This document shows, one piece after another, positions 47,973-58,121 of a stretch of DNA of 64,000 nt. The DNA lies in IMG/VR virus record IMGVR_UViG_3300042876_000347. One strand, written 5' to 3'. Source of the stretch: an uncultured virus (IMG/VR IMGVR_UViG_3300042876_000347). Lineage: Duplodnaviria; Heunggongvirae; Uroviricota; Caudoviricetes. How positions within the stretch are numbered: position 1 is the first letter of the stretch; every line of letters starts with the position of its first letter. A program made the translations under genes and the position numbers. The notes below the pieces were generated by a model. The model was not told the DNA's origin. It saw nothing but the letters and a program-made list of their open reading frames with translations, and did no database searches.

Positions 47973-50401
47973 TACGTTCCACCTTCCTTTCTAAGGTAAG
48001 GCGGGTAACCTGCGGTGCCGAAGGGATTCAGAGGCTGATATGTATTCCCCGTCTGCCAAGGCTTGGCGAAAAGCACAGAGTCTTCCCCGTAGAATCTAAA
48101 GGGAGCAGTGCTCTCTAGCTTAAAGCCCCAGTGCTTCCCGAGGAAGGGAGCTAGTTCCTGGTAGACCTTAGCCCTCAGGCCAGCAGTACTCGCCAGTGTG
48201 TAAGGTGGGTGCGTGATCCCATCTGTGGTCACCGTCAGCGTCACCGCTGCAGTACTCCTAAGGCCCCAATAGGAATCCTTAATATGGAAGAGCCCCGCCA
48301 TCCCCAAGCTCTGCTCTGGGTGCTCCCAGTGAACTATCGCTTCCTCGTCCTCCCTAAAGAGGAGGACTGCTTGGTAAAGCTTAGGATGCGTAGAAGAGCT
48401 CTCACTCCACTGGAAGTCGAAGGCAATGCTCTTTGCGTAGTAGTCGTCAAGCGAGTAGGTGGCAACTCTCCTACCAGCGTTGTCATTAGCAGTCCCAGTC
48501 TTGAAAGAAGTCCCAGCTGTCTTCTCCGAGTCATAGTACGGGGTGATGGTGATATCCACGTTGTTCGGGTCGAAGTCGAGCATCAGGGTGCCGAACTCCT
48601 TGTGGGTAAGAGGGATGCCGGAGTCCCAGCTGCCGGTCCGTAGTTGCACATTCAGGGTCTCATTCACATTCGAGTAGGAGTCATTGAAGTCCCAGAGGTA
48701 CTGGTCCTGTGCGGTGCCGATGATGAGCTGGTTCCAGTTCTGGCCCTCGTTGTAGTACACAACTGAGGCCCTATCGGGAGTCCACTCAAACCACTTGCCA
48801 TCTTCGAGCTGCATCACTAGGTGGAAGAGCTTTTGAGTTGTCTGCCCAGGGTAGATGAAGTGGAGCTCCCTGTTGGTCACATAGAGTCTGATCTTGTCAG
48901 ACTGCACGTAGTCGATAGCCTCTAGGTCACCAGCGGGCCGCCCCCTAAAGATCGGCCTGATAGTGGTGTCTGTCAGATTGACTGGTGTATCCGGCTGGCA
49001 GTTCGTTGCATAGATGCCATCCTTGGAGCAGATGTACACTGCGTTAGGGCCAACGGCGCAGGCCCACTTACCAGCAACTCCCATCCCAATCGGGATCTCC
49101 CTAGGGGTGAACTCAGGCGTAGAACTCGGCCCACCATAGTCTAGGGCATAGAGTCTCTTGGTCGAGAACACGAATGGGTTCCCACCAAAGACGAAGCCAT
49201 TCAGCAGTTCCTCCGCTGGGTCACTCACTGCATTCACATTGTTCAACTGGTTATGCTTCCCTAGGTCATCAGTCGAGTTCCAGTACACGTAGTTCTTCTT
49301 GACTGGATCCCCAACCCAGAAGAGGTACTTCCCCTGGAAGGGGCCGAAGCAGTAAGAGAACTTCTGTCCTGTCAGTGCTGCCCCACTAGAGTCAATGGTT
49401 GAGAAGATCTCCACTAGCTCAGCATCAATGGTCTCCGCTAGGGCTGCAGTAGCATCAGGCACGTTGTCGGTGATGTTCGTGGTGCCTACAGTGCCGTCAT
49501 TCACCGCAGTGCCAACTAGCCGCCAGGAGTTGCTAACCGCACCTCCCTTGCGCCATAGCCTGATCTGGTCCACCGCACCCGCTGTAGTCTTCGTGCAGGT
49601 GATCACTGCGTTCTGCGCGCTAAGCACTACCGAGGAGGCAATGATTGCTCCTAAGGGACTCTCGAAGCCGGTCTTGGTGTTCTTGTAGGTGGCAGCATAG
49701 TAGTAGGTGCCAGTGAGTACACCAGCAGGGGTGGAGTCCTTAGTGGGAGCAATCGGAGCGGTGATCCCTAGGTTGTAGGCATAGAGGATCGGCACGTTCG
49801 GTAGTGTTGGTCCTCCAATGGCGAAGCTAGTTGCTGTCACTGGTGGAGCCGTCAGGTTGCAATCCTTCAGGGCGATCCACCACTTTCCATCCACGATCAC
49901 TAGTGGAATCCCATTAGGCGCGTTAGCCAGAATGATCGAGTTCCCTGTGGGATCAATGAAATCCCCGTAGCGAGTAGCGCTAGTGGGCCACCCTGCTGGG
50001 TTGGAAAGAGCCACCTGGGAACTCTTTAGCATCACTGGCACGCCATTGATAAAGACTCTCGCGAGAGGATCAGTGTAGCCTGTCATCCTAGGAGTGGCAG
50101 CATGAATAGTCAAGTAACCATTTACTAAGCCAGCGCTAGTGGTAACCTTACCGATGTAGCGCACAGCCCTTAGGGAGCCTACTCCCCAGAGCCCTGGGTA
50201 AGGACTATCCAAGTACCCTGCTAGCTGCTGCTGCGGCATTACAAAGTACCCACTTGCAGGCCGAGCTTCAATAGCTCCTTCAATGTTGGGCCTAACATTC
50301 AGTGCCCTAGTTAGCTGCCCATCATTTAGGAGCTCTGGAGGGTGCGTAACATCAAGGCCTCCTAGGACGAACCTGAAGGGTTGATTTCTATAGTCTGCCA
50401 T
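47972..50401 (-). CDS. Tail nozzle / stabilisation protein (P22 gp10 / T7 gp12-like position)
   Basis: 809 aa, beta-rich; N-terminal GGL...A.NV...G motif; follows the adaptor genes. Confidence 0.7.
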   Translation of the reverse strand: MADYRNQPFRFVLGGLDVTHPPELLNDGQLTRALNVRPNIEGAIEARPASGYFVMPQQQLAGYLDSPYPGLWGVGSLRAVRYIGKVTTSAGLVNGYLTIHAATPRMTGYTDPLARVFINGVPVMLKSSQVALSNPAGWPTSATRYGDFIDPTGNSIILANAPNGIPLVIVDGKWWIALKDCNLTAPPVTATSFAIGGPTLPNVPILYAYNLGITAPIAPTKDSTPAGVLTGTYYYAATYKNTKTGFESPLGAIIASSVVLSAQNAVITCTKTTAGAVDQIRLWRKGGAVSNSWRLVGTAVNDGTVGTTNITDNVPDATAALAETIDAELVEIFSTIDSSGAALTGQKFSYCFGPFQGKYLFWVGDPVKKNYVYWNSTDDLGKHNQLNNVNAVSDPAEELLNGFVFGGNPFVFSTKRLYALDYGGPSSTPEFTPREIPIGMGVAGKWACAVGPNAVYICSKDGIYATNCQPDTPVNLTDTTIRPIFRGRPAGDLEAIDYVQSDKIRLYVTNRELHFIYPGQTTQKLFHLVMQLEDGKWFEWTPDRASVVYYNEGQNWNQLIIGTAQDQYLWDFNDSYSNVNETLNVQLRTGSWDSGIPLTHKEFGTLMLDFDPNNVDITITPYYDSEKTAGTSFKTGTANDNAGRRVATYSLDDYYAKSIAFDFQWSESSSTHPKLYQAVLLFREDEEAIVHWEHPEQSLGMAGLFHIKDSYWGLRSTAAVTLTVTTDGITHPPYTLASTAGLRAKVYQELAPFLGKHWGFKLESTAPFRFYGEDSVLFAKPWQTGNTYQPLNPFGTAGYPPYLRKEGGT

Positions 50402-52569
50402 TACTGCCCTCCATAGATGAACTTAGTAAGTTCGACGCCAGCACTGTAGAGTTCCTCGCAGGCCCTTGCTCTAGCGGGGTCATTCATCTCCCCTTCCTGG
50501 GAAAGCAGCTCTGCTAACACCCCGTATTTCACTGGCCACCAGAGCACGTAGGGTAGTGGGAAGGGAGACCAGGGACTTGCAACTCCGCCTCCACCCCAGG
50601 GAGTGCCCACGCATCCACAGCCAGTTGGAACTGTCGCTAGCGTTGGCGCTGGTACATACCATGCCTTCAGGGTGGTGACATTCGAGGCTGGTACTAGCTG
50701 GATGCTCAGGCCATCAGGTAGGGGATCCCGGATGTACTGTACACCACTTAGGGAGCCCTGTGAGAGATCAGCTTCTAGCTGGTCTACAGGAAGAATGGCG
50801 TAGCTGTCGGCCTCCAGGCGACGGAGTTCAACTAGATCTGTCGGAAGGGCATACAGGCCTGAGGAACCCGTGATCGTGGCTTCCTTCCTAAGGAGACCCG
50901 TGTCTAAGAGGAACCTTACTAGCCTGTCATAGGTGACTCGTAGGACCTTAGTGATCCCACCAAATCTAGTAAAGCCACCAGTAGCTAGGTAGGCTGTGCT
51001 GGAAGGAAGGGGCTCGATCAAGTGATTCCAAAGCTCGTCTAGGAAGTCTGCGTAGCTCGCTCCTGCGGGTAGCACACACACGTAGTTAGTCTGAGTGCTG
51101 GTGGAGTTGTCTGAACCATTCACTACCTGCAGAGCTACCGTGTAGGTCCCTGCAGTGGTATACGTATGTGAGGGACTCTGGCTTGTGCTAGTGCCTGTGT
51201 CTCCAAAGGTCCACCCCCAGCTCACCACATCCCCCGTGGAGGTATCCTTGAACTGCACTACTAAGGGTGCTACTCCAAAGGTAGGTGAGGCTGTGAAGGA
51301 AGCTGTAACTTTAGCTGGTAGGATAGTAAAGTTTGAAGTGGTGCTCTTGGTCCCTGCAGGGTTAGTAGTTGCCAGGGTAGCCCAAGCAGCGCCTGCTGTG
51401 GTGAACACATGTACTGGGTTCTGTGAATCACTAGTGCTCCCATCTGAGAAGGTCCAAGCCCAAGTGGTTGGGTTATTAGTAGCGCTTCCTGTGAAGGCAA
51501 AGCTCACTGGCCGTCGAAGAGTAGCAGGTGTAGCCACATAGCTAATCGTCGGCGTGGGCCTGCCATCCGCTGCCACAATGAGGTTGCTCTTAGTAACTGT
51601 GCTGGTATCTGCCCCTGTGCCTCCTGCCCTAGTGGCAGTCAGGCTCACAGAGTAGGTCCCTGCAATCATGTATGCATGTGAGGGATTCTGTAGGGTGCTA
51701 GTTCCCCCATCACCGAAGGTCCAACTCCAAGTTGTGGGAGCTGGCGTACCTGTAGTGGTGTCAGTGAACTGGACAGCGAAAGGTGTAGACCCTGAGGTAT
51801 AGTTACAGCTAAAGCCTGCCTGTAGGTCAGTTGAGCTAGCATTAACCGTAATGTATGAGGTCTTAGTAACTGAGCCTGAACCCGAGGAGTTGGTGGCTGT
51901 CAGTGTAACCGTATAGGTCCCTGGGTTCGCGTAGGGGTGCGTGGGATTCTGCGTAGTTCCATGCGTAGTGCTATCCCCATAGTCCCAGTCCCAACTAGTG
52001 GGAGTGTTGCTCGAAGTGTCAGTAAAGGTGACACTTAAGGGGTTGAAGCCACTTAGAGGTGTAGCTGTGAAATTCGCCACTGGCGCAGCTGCAGCTACAT
52101 AGGTGATGGTAACGTAGAGGTTATCCACCCCGAAGTACACACCTGAGTTCAGCGCCTTGTTGATCTCGACTCCGAAGATCAGAGAGGACAAATCGGAGGA
52201 AGTCCAGCTTCCCCCACCCGGCCTAGCTAGTGCTCCCGTAGTACTGAAGTAGTAAGAGTGCCCATCATTCTCTGGACCATATACCCTAGTAGAGCCCAGC
52301 TGCACGAAGAACTTCAGCCGGGAGTCCGTGCTCCCCGAGCGCTGTACCGTGCTATAGATCTCCACCTGGGAGATGCTAGTGATGCTAGGAATGCTGGCGG
52401 GGTTCAGCGTATACGAGTCCCTGCTTTGGCTTCCTAGGTCCTGCACCTGAATAATCTTGCTATCCCCAGCTGCTACCACGCAGGGTACATGGTCTAAGGC
52501 TGTCCCTGCTCCTACATTAGTCCAGTCTCTCTCACTCTGCGCGTAGGGGATGAAATCAAAAGTTGCCAC
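50401..52569 (-). CDS. PKD-repeat virion protein with an adaptor-like C-terminal domain
   Basis: Four PKD repeats (W.W.FGD...QNP.H.Y...GTY.V.L); C-terminal YALPTD...KYGVLAE. Confidence 0.85.
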   Translation of the reverse strand: MATFDFIPYAQSERDWTNVGAGTALDHVPCVVAAGDSKIIQVQDLGSQSRDSYTLNPASIPSITSISQVEIYSTVQRSGSTDSRLKFFVQLGSTRVYGPENDGHSYYFSTTGALARPGGGSWTSSDLSSLIFGVEINKALNSGVYFGVDNLYVTITYVAAAAPVANFTATPLSGFNPLSVTFTDTSSNTPTSWDWDYGDSTTHGTTQNPTHPYANPGTYTVTLTATNSSGSGSVTKTSYITVNASSTDLQAGFSCNYTSGSTPFAVQFTDTTTGTPAPTTWSWTFGDGGTSTLQNPSHAYMIAGTYSVSLTATRAGGTGADTSTVTKSNLIVAADGRPTPTISYVATPATLRRPVSFAFTGSATNNPTTWAWTFSDGSTSDSQNPVHVFTTAGAAWATLATTNPAGTKSTTSNFTILPAKVTASFTASPTFGVAPLVVQFKDTSTGDVVSWGWTFGDTGTSTSQSPSHTYTTAGTYTVALQVVNGSDNSTSTQTNYVCVLPAGASYADFLDELWNHLIEPLPSSTAYLATGGFTRFGGITKVLRVTYDRLVRFLLDTGLLRKEATITGSSGLYALPTDLVELRRLEADSYAILPVDQLEADLSQGSLSGVQYIRDPLPDGLSIQLVPASNVTTLKAWYVPAPTLATVPTGCGCVGTPWGGGGVASPWSPFPLPYVLWWPVKYGVLAELLSQEGEMNDPARARACEELYSAGVELTKFIYGGQ

Positions 52570-53279
52570 TAACTACCTCCCTTAAGACCAGGGGTTGCTA
52601 CTGCACTAGGTGCCTGTGGGGTACGCTCTACTCCCATGTACTTGCTGTAAAGGGCAATCCCTGCAAGCTTGGAGTTTCTAGTCCTAGCTGCGAGGAGCAT
52701 CATCTCTCGGAGGGGAGCGGAGTTCTCAAGGCCTTCCTTTGGGCTCTCCTTGAAGCTGAGGTACCACTGTGCGTACTCTAGGATCCTCACCAGTTCTTCG
52801 TCCCCTAGGTTCACATAGCTGGAGTCAGAGGTCAGGATCCGGTCACCCCTATAGTAAAAGGCCCCATAGGTAGTGCTAGTTCCTGTCTGTGGATAGACTA
52901 CTACATGTGAAACCCCATAAGGTGCCCAGTAGGTAGGGGTTCCTGTTACTGCTGCCCTCCACCCATACTTCTCAAAGTCTAGGTCATCCACACTAGTGGG
53001 GTTCAGCGTTGCGCTTCCCTGAGTTACCCTGAGGATGTTTAATGGCACAGGGCTTAGAGCGTTAGCATTCGCCCCTGTGGGGTCGAACACTTCGACTAGG
53101 TTGCCTGTGCCAGTAAAGTTCGCTGAGGCCACGAAGTCCCCTGTCATGAGTTGCCACACCGCTAGGGCCTCGTTGATCGCGTCTTCCCGTTCGTGCTCTG
53201 ACCAGAACTTCCCTTGACTTCCTACTTGCTGCGCTAGGCGATCCTTTAGGGCGAGAAAAGTAGTTCTAGCATATGCCAT
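52569..53279 (-). CDS. Head-tail adaptor-like protein
   Basis: FWS..E....INEA, GTP.YW and VYP patterns. Confidence 0.7.
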   Translation of the reverse strand: MAYARTTFLALKDRLAQQVGSQGKFWSEHEREDAINEALAVWQLMTGDFVASANFTGTGNLVEVFDPTGANANALSPVPLNILRVTQGSATLNPTSVDDLDFEKYGWRAAVTGTPTYWAPYGVSHVVVYPQTGTSTTYGAFYYRGDRILTSDSSYVNLGDEELVRILEYAQWYLSFKESPKEGLENSAPLREMMLLAARTRNSKLAGIALYSKYMGVERTPQAPSAVATPGLKGGS

Positions 53280-53281
53280 CG

Positions 53282-53479
53282 TTACATCCCGCTAGAGAAT
53301 CCGGGGCCTCCACCAATCTTGGGAATGCGTACTCCTGGGGGCTTAGGTGCGCTCACCTGGGGGAGCCCCTCAGTTAGGGGTGGGAGACCAACAGACTGCT
53401 TAGGCGCAGGCGGCTTCATCCCTCGGTATGCGCGAAAAGCTTCCAGAGCACTAGGCTTCTTCTTAAGAATCCCAGGCAT
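53282..53479 (-). CDS. Small Pro/Lys-rich protein
   Basis: Co-oriented ORF in the virion operon. Confidence 0.5.
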   Translation of the reverse strand: MPGILKKKPSALEAFRAYRGMKPPAPKQSVGLPPLTEGLPQVSAPKPPGVRIPKIGGGPGFSSGM

Positions 53480-53487
53480 CTGGGGGA

Positions 53488-53676
53488 TTACTCCAGGCTC
53501 TTTAGATAGCTAAAGAGGTCGCTGTCACCTAGGCCGATCACAGGCTTCTGGCCGTTGATCTCTAGGTCTCCGCCCACGTAAACAGGACCCGAACCATTGA
53601 TCTCTAGATCACTGGAGCCCGAGGAGGGCTTGACAATCGCATCCTTGAACACCGGCTTTAGAGTAGTGTTTGCCAC
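53488..53676 (-). CDS. Small virion-module protein (FKDAIVKP motif, DLEING twice)
   Basis: AAGGAAG SD; motif shared with 58122-58241. Confidence 0.7.
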   Translation of the reverse strand: MANTTLKPVFKDAIVKPSSGSSDLEINGSGPVYVGGDLEINGQKPVIGLGDSDLFSYLKSLE

Positions 53677-53693
53677 TTTGAAAACTTCCTTTC

Positions 53694-54626
53694 CTAAACA
53701 AGCCCATGCGATTGCATGAACTTAGCATCAATTGGGTACCCTAGCCCACCGTCGTCCGAGTCTAGGATCATCGTCTGTGACCGATCGAGGTCGTTCATCA
53801 CTGAGTTCTGGAATGCCTCATCGAGCATCTCCGTGTACTGCCGATGTGAGTCGGGACTAAAGAACGGGTTCGGCTTTGCGCCAGTTCCTGGCCAGAGTGC
53901 AAGCTCTGCGAGTGCCCCATACACAAGGCACTCAGGTCTAAGTGCATCAATGATCCTATCTGAGTCAGCACTTAGTGTGTGATTCTTATAATACCTGTAT
54001 ACGAGCTCTCGTTCAACCTCAATCCGGGGCCAGAACTCAAGCCTAGGCACACGCACGTTGTTTGTGTCAAGTCGTGTTGGTGCAGCAACATACAGGATAG
54101 GAGTGCCAGCGAACGTTCGCTTCGGGTCAATCCGATCAATGTACGCCTGCTGACTCTGTTGAGTGCGTAGCCGCCAGTTCGTGTTGAGATCTCTGATCTC
54201 ATCCATCGCCCTATAGTCAGTTGGGAGGTCCAGGTAGAAGTTGCCGATCCTGTAGGAGATTCCCGCCGGGAGGCTGGTGGGTCCTCCAAAGGCCCTATCA
54301 ATCGTCATGCTGGTAACCCCAGCCACCGCTGTGATGGTATACCAGGGGGCGATGTTGTTCGGCGCAATCTGCCTGTTGATCATCGCTGAGGTCCAATCAG
54401 TGCCAACGCCACTCACTGTAGTACTGCCATTTGTGAATACTGCTGTGCCCGTAGTGCTGACTGCCTTAGTCAACAGAGAGGCTTCCGCCCGTAGCTCACT
54501 CCAGTAGTGATCCGTGATCACCCGCTGGTATGTATTCTTAACTGCTTGCTGAATTACCCCGACTGGCGCATCGGGAGCGTAGAGTCTGACCCGATTCCAC
54601 ACCATACCAAACGTATCTTGTGCCAT
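53694..54626 (-). CDS. Head-tail adaptor-like protein with an inserted beta domain
   Basis: LPTDY, GTP..Y, EFWP and LVYGALA patterns; TNGSTTVSGVGT insert. Confidence 0.7.
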   Translation of the reverse strand: MAQDTFGMVWNRVRLYAPDAPVGVIQQAVKNTYQRVITDHYWSELRAEASLLTKAVSTTGTAVFTNGSTTVSGVGTDWTSAMINRQIAPNNIAPWYTITAVAGVTSMTIDRAFGGPTSLPAGISYRIGNFYLDLPTDYRAMDEIRDLNTNWRLRTQQSQQAYIDRIDPKRTFAGTPILYVAAPTRLDTNNVRVPRLEFWPRIEVERELVYRYYKNHTLSADSDRIIDALRPECLVYGALAELALWPGTGAKPNPFFSPDSHRQYTEMLDEAFQNSVMNDLDRSQTMILDSDDGGLGYPIDAKFMQSHGLV

Positions 54627-55009
54627 TAGAGATAACTTTCCAAGTAAGCAATTGCTCGGCGCATTCTATCTGTATCCTCATCAAAAAGCCCTAGAGCAGC
54701 ATTACAGGGTTGGCACAAAATGCCTCTTACCTCTCCCGTAAGATGATCATGGTCTACATTGGTAGCTTTTGAATCAATGTTTAACGCTTTAAGACAAATC
54801 AAGCAACAGCCTCCTTGATCTGCAATACGCTGCTTTAGCTCTGCCTTGTCTATACCATATCGACAAAGAAGGCGTGCTTCTCGTGCACACGCTTTACAAC
54901 GCCACTGCAAACCATCTGCAGCAGCTGCACACTTTGCAAAGTTAGGAAGGGGCAAGTGCTTCTTACAACAGGAGCAACGCTTTTCTGTATCACCCACTTT
55001 AATTTTCAT
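54626..55009 (-). CDS. Endonuclease VII-type homing endonuclease, AT-rich insert
   Basis: CSCC, CKAC, YGI, QGGCCLIC and VDHDH.TG.VRGILC..CN motifs. Confidence 0.92.
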   Translation of the reverse strand: MKIKVGDTEKRCSCCKKHLPLPNFAKCAAAADGLQWRCKACAREARLLCRYGIDKAELKQRIADQGGCCLICLKALNIDSKATNVDHDHLTGEVRGILCQPCNAALGLFDEDTDRMRRAIAYLESYL

Positions 55010-55016
55010 AAGCTTA

Positions 55017-55046
55017 ACAGAAAAGGGGAGGCACTAAGCCTCCCCT
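55017..55046 (-). terminator. Terminator after the capsid genes
   Basis: AGGGGAGGC-TTAGT-GCCTCCCCT followed by TTTCTGTT on -. Confidence 0.8.
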
Positions 55047-55066
55047 CCATCCTAACTAGTTAACCC

Positions 55067-55333
55067 TTACCAACCGATGAACCCGAGCTTCTGACTTGCG
55101 GCACCAGAGGGGACAGCGCCATCAGTGCCGTAGACCGTTAGCGTACCCGACGCCCACGCGGCCCCTTGCACCGTAGCATTGCCCTGAAGGACCAGCACCC
55201 CAAGGATCGTCTGCAGGCCGACAGCGTTCGCTGCCAGTGCATTCACCCCCGTGGTGTTGACCGTCACGGTAGCCGTATGAAGCTTCAGGTCACCAATCCA
55301 GTGCTGTTCTAGACCTGTAACACCGATAGCCAT
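55067..55333 (-). CDS. Small capsid-associated protein
   Basis: AGGAGG SD; beta-rich; second gene after the capsid gene. Confidence 0.65.
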   Translation of the reverse strand: MAIGVTGLEQHWIGDLKLHTATVTVNTTGVNALAANAVGLQTILGVLVLQGNATVQGAAWASGTLTVYGTDGAVPSGAASQKLGFIGW

Positions 55334-55342
55334 GAAACCTCC

Positions 55343-55882
55343 TTACCAGCCGTTACGCGGAGGGGCGAGGAATACCGTCCGAGTAGTACCAGTAGCCGTG
55401 GTGAAAGCCTGAACCACAAAGCCCGCACCAACCTGATCGACCTCGTTGGTCTGCGAACCGGAAGCCTTGAAGACCGCCTCAGTCGTAGCCGCGATGAGCT
55501 TAGCACCCACCACGCCAGTGCCAGTGACCTTCGCATTTACGGGACCAGCAACCTGAATGTACCCATACTGGGAGGTTGAAGGAACCGCGCTTAGGAAGAC
55601 CCCTGCCACCACCGGGTTAACCGCACCACCTAGCGCGCCAGTGGTCGCAGCCACTACTGTGTAGTTGCTTAGGTCAGCCCAGTAAGCCACCGCACCCGTA
55701 GTGGGGGCTGTGGCATCCGTCTGAGAACGCTTCACCTTCTGGAACGCCTGCATGCCAAGAGTACCCTGAATGAAGGTAACCTTGCCAAGTTCGCCCGGAA
55801 TCTGCTGAGTCGCCTCGTCGGCCAGATTCATGTTGCCCGCTAGACCCTGAATCCAGAGCCCGTCCTGTCGCTTGTCTGCCAT
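55343..55882 (-). CDS. Capsid decoration/cement protein
   Basis: Directly after the capsid gene; YGYIQVAG motif. Confidence 0.7.
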   Translation of the reverse strand: MADKRQDGLWIQGLAGNMNLADEATQQIPGELGKVTFIQGTLGMQAFQKVKRSQTDATAPTTGAVAYWADLSNYTVVAATTGALGGAVNPVVAGVFLSAVPSTSQYGYIQVAGPVNAKVTGTGVVGAKLIAATTEAVFKASGSQTNEVDQVGAGFVVQAFTTATGTTRTVFLAPPRNGW

Positions 55883-55915
55883 TTTCTCTATAGCTCCTTT
55901 CTAAAACCCTAAGCC

Positions 55916-56977
55916 TTAGGCGAAGCCCCAGAGAACTCGCATGAGCCTAGGAGCCTGACAGGTGAAGTTACCCGCAAACTTGTAGTGGCCCACGACCATG
56001 GAGTTGTCCTGCGCAGGAAGGAACCCAGTGAAGCCGAAGCCAAACAGGGAATCCGTCGAGAGGTAGAACCGGAGGTACTTGGTGTTGAGGAACCAGAGGG
56101 TCTCGCCACTCAGGGCAGAGATGCCTAGCTTAGTGGACTCCATGGTGCTCACCGTGTCAGTACCCGGGGCGTATCGGTCCTGGAAGATCGTAGCGCCGTT
56201 GAACTTGATACCCTGGAAGCCAAAGTCGGCCGTGGTACCCTCGTAGCGCTGCTGTGCGTGGAAGGCGAGCTTGATCATGCTCATGCCCTTGTTCGTAGTG
56301 ATAAGTAGATCAGGGCTCTCAGTTCCATACACCACTGAGTTATACGCCTGCTCTAGGATGGGGTAGGAGAGTGAACCCGAGCTCTGGTCACCCGCCACGT
56401 AGCCCTCAGTCGAAAGAATCGGGCTGTTGATCGCCGAGCCGATGTTGCCGTCGTTACGCGTTAGCGTGAGGTAGGAAGCATAGGTCTCCGCGAAGGGGCC
56501 ATTGTTGGAGCCATTCGAAAGGGCCTCAGCAAGACCATTGATGTACTTGGTCCGGTCACCTAGGGCCGTGCCCGTCTGGCCGTGCCGGAAGATGTCCGTT
56601 GCTAGCTTGGCGCTCATCGTGAGGGCCGCCGCCTGCATTAGCATGTCAACATAGTTGAACACTGCCTCAGGACCCGCCATCTCGATCTTGACCTTCTCCA
56701 GTAGCGCGGGCACTGGAACGTTGTAGTACCGAGGCGTGACTGTGCCTCCGGTGAAGATCTGCTGCTGCTTGATGTCGAAGCTCTCACCCGGAACGTAGGG
56801 CTGAACGTCAAGCATGCCATAGAGGAAGTTCTCCTGCCAGCTGGGGCCTCCAGCGTACTTCTGCAGGCAATTCCTCTTGATGTACGCCATAGTCGGACCG
56901 CTCTTGAAAACTAGGTCCGTGACGCCGGGCACGATGGTCTTTCGAGCAATCGTGTTAACCGGATCAAGAAATGCCAT
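55916..56977 (-). CDS. Major capsid protein
   Basis: 353 aa after the scaffold; INGLA, PDLLIT, QQRY, GF.GIKFNG and WFLNT motifs; strong SD. Confidence 0.9.
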   Translation of the reverse strand: MAFLDPVNTIARKTIVPGVTDLVFKSGPTMAYIKRNCLQKYAGGPSWQENFLYGMLDVQPYVPGESFDIKQQQIFTGGTVTPRYYNVPVPALLEKVKIEMAGPEAVFNYVDMLMQAAALTMSAKLATDIFRHGQTGTALGDRTKYINGLAEALSNGSNNGPFAETYASYLTLTRNDGNIGSAINSPILSTEGYVAGDQSSGSLSYPILEQAYNSVVYGTESPDLLITTNKGMSMIKLAFHAQQRYEGTTADFGFQGIKFNGATIFQDRYAPGTDTVSTMESTKLGISALSGETLWFLNTKYLRFYLSTDSLFGFGFTGFLPAQDNSMVVGHYKFAGNFTCQAPRLMRVLWGFA

Positions 56978-57006
56978 TTGTTAACTCTCCTTTAAAAAAG
57001 ACCCCG

Positions 57007-57774
57007 TTAGAAGTTCCCTTCCACGAACTCTTTCATGGCTGCAGAAACTCGGTCCCCTGAGGAGGGTGCCTTGTTCGCTGCGTCATTTAGGGAGTTCAGG
57101 TAGGAAACCACGTTAGCCGTAGGCTGAATATGATCGGGGCTGTTGGTCAGTGCTTGGCGTCGACCCTCTGCAATCCACTTCTGCTTCTCGTCTTCCTGCG
57201 CCTTTTCATAGCGCTTTCGACGTTCGTCAGCCGTTAGGCTCTCATAAGCCCTGTAGGGTTCGATACCTTGCTGTAGTGATAGCCGAATGACCTCTCGGGG
57301 ATCAACGTTAAAGCCATTCTTGATGGCGTCATGGGTAAAGGCTGCAACGTCCCCTAGCACACTAGGTAGCATCTTATCCAGTACGTCCACCTTGTTAACC
57401 TTAGCCCTGAGCTCCGCAAGATCCTGCGAAGAGATTCCGAGGTCAGTACCCGAAGCGGCGGGGGCATTTCCTGAACCTAGGGTCTCAAGCTGCGCTCGGA
57501 GTGCATCCCGTTCAGCAATGAGAGCCTCATTCTTGGGTGCCTCCTCCTCATACCACTTGGCTAGTTCCGCAGCATCGTCCTTGAGCTGGCGCTCCTGGGC
57601 GGTGATATCGTTTAGCCGAGTGTAGTAATCCTCAGTACGAAGGGAGCCTCGGAAGACATCCCGAGCGAACTCCGTCTGAGAAAAGGCCTTGAAAGCTTCT
57701 AGCTCTGCGCCCGCTAGCTTAGCTTCTCCAGCCTCAATCCACCTCTTGTACTGTTCGTCCTCTTTTCGCGACAT
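57007..57774 (-). CDS. Scaffolding protein
   Basis: Helical coiled coil, LRTEDYYTR, located between portal and capsid. Confidence 0.75.
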   Translation of the reverse strand: MSRKEDEQYKRWIEAGEAKLAGAELEAFKAFSQTEFARDVFRGSLRTEDYYTRLNDITAQERQLKDDAAELAKWYEEEAPKNEALIAERDALRAQLETLGSGNAPAASGTDLGISSQDLAELRAKVNKVDVLDKMLPSVLGDVAAFTHDAIKNGFNVDPREVIRLSLQQGIEPYRAYESLTADERRKRYEKAQEDEKQKWIAEGRRQALTNSPDHIQPTANVVSYLNSLNDAANKAPSSGDRVSAAMKEFVEGNF

Positions 57775-57804
57775 ATTCCTTCGTTACCTCCTGGGGTTTA
57801 CGGC

Positions 57805-58116
57805 CTAGTAAGGGAACTTAGCGTTAGGACTTTCCAGCCCCTGCTTACCCTCGAAGGACGCTCCACCGGAAATTGCCTGCGCTAGGATCTCAGAAAGGCG
57901 AGTTTTGATCTCATCAATCTCCTCGGCCTGATCCGGGATAATGCTAGCCAGTGAATCCAGAACAAACTGGATCTCATCAAAAACGTCTTTCAGCCCTCCG
58001 CCGCCGCCAGACGGGTTAGGCTTTTCAGACCGCGCCATGGCGCTAAGCCCCTGCGGGGTAGAGCCAGGAGGCGGACCTGACATCTTGCTCGTGCTAACGG
58101 GCGGCATGCTAGCCAT
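57805..58116 (-). CDS. Small head-module protein
   Basis: Pro/Gly-rich N-terminus followed by two helices. Confidence 0.65.
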   Translation of the reverse strand: MASMPPVSTSKMSGPPPGSTPQGLSAMARSEKPNPSGGGGGLKDVFDEIQFVLDSLASIIPDQAEEIDEIKTRLSEILAQAISGGASFEGKQGLESPNAKFPY

Positions 58117-58121
58117 TTAAG

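Noticed and set aside
45810..52569. Diversity-generating retroelement acting on fibre genes
   Set aside because: No reverse transcriptase and no template/variable repeat pair seen; the repeats are ordinary PKD domains
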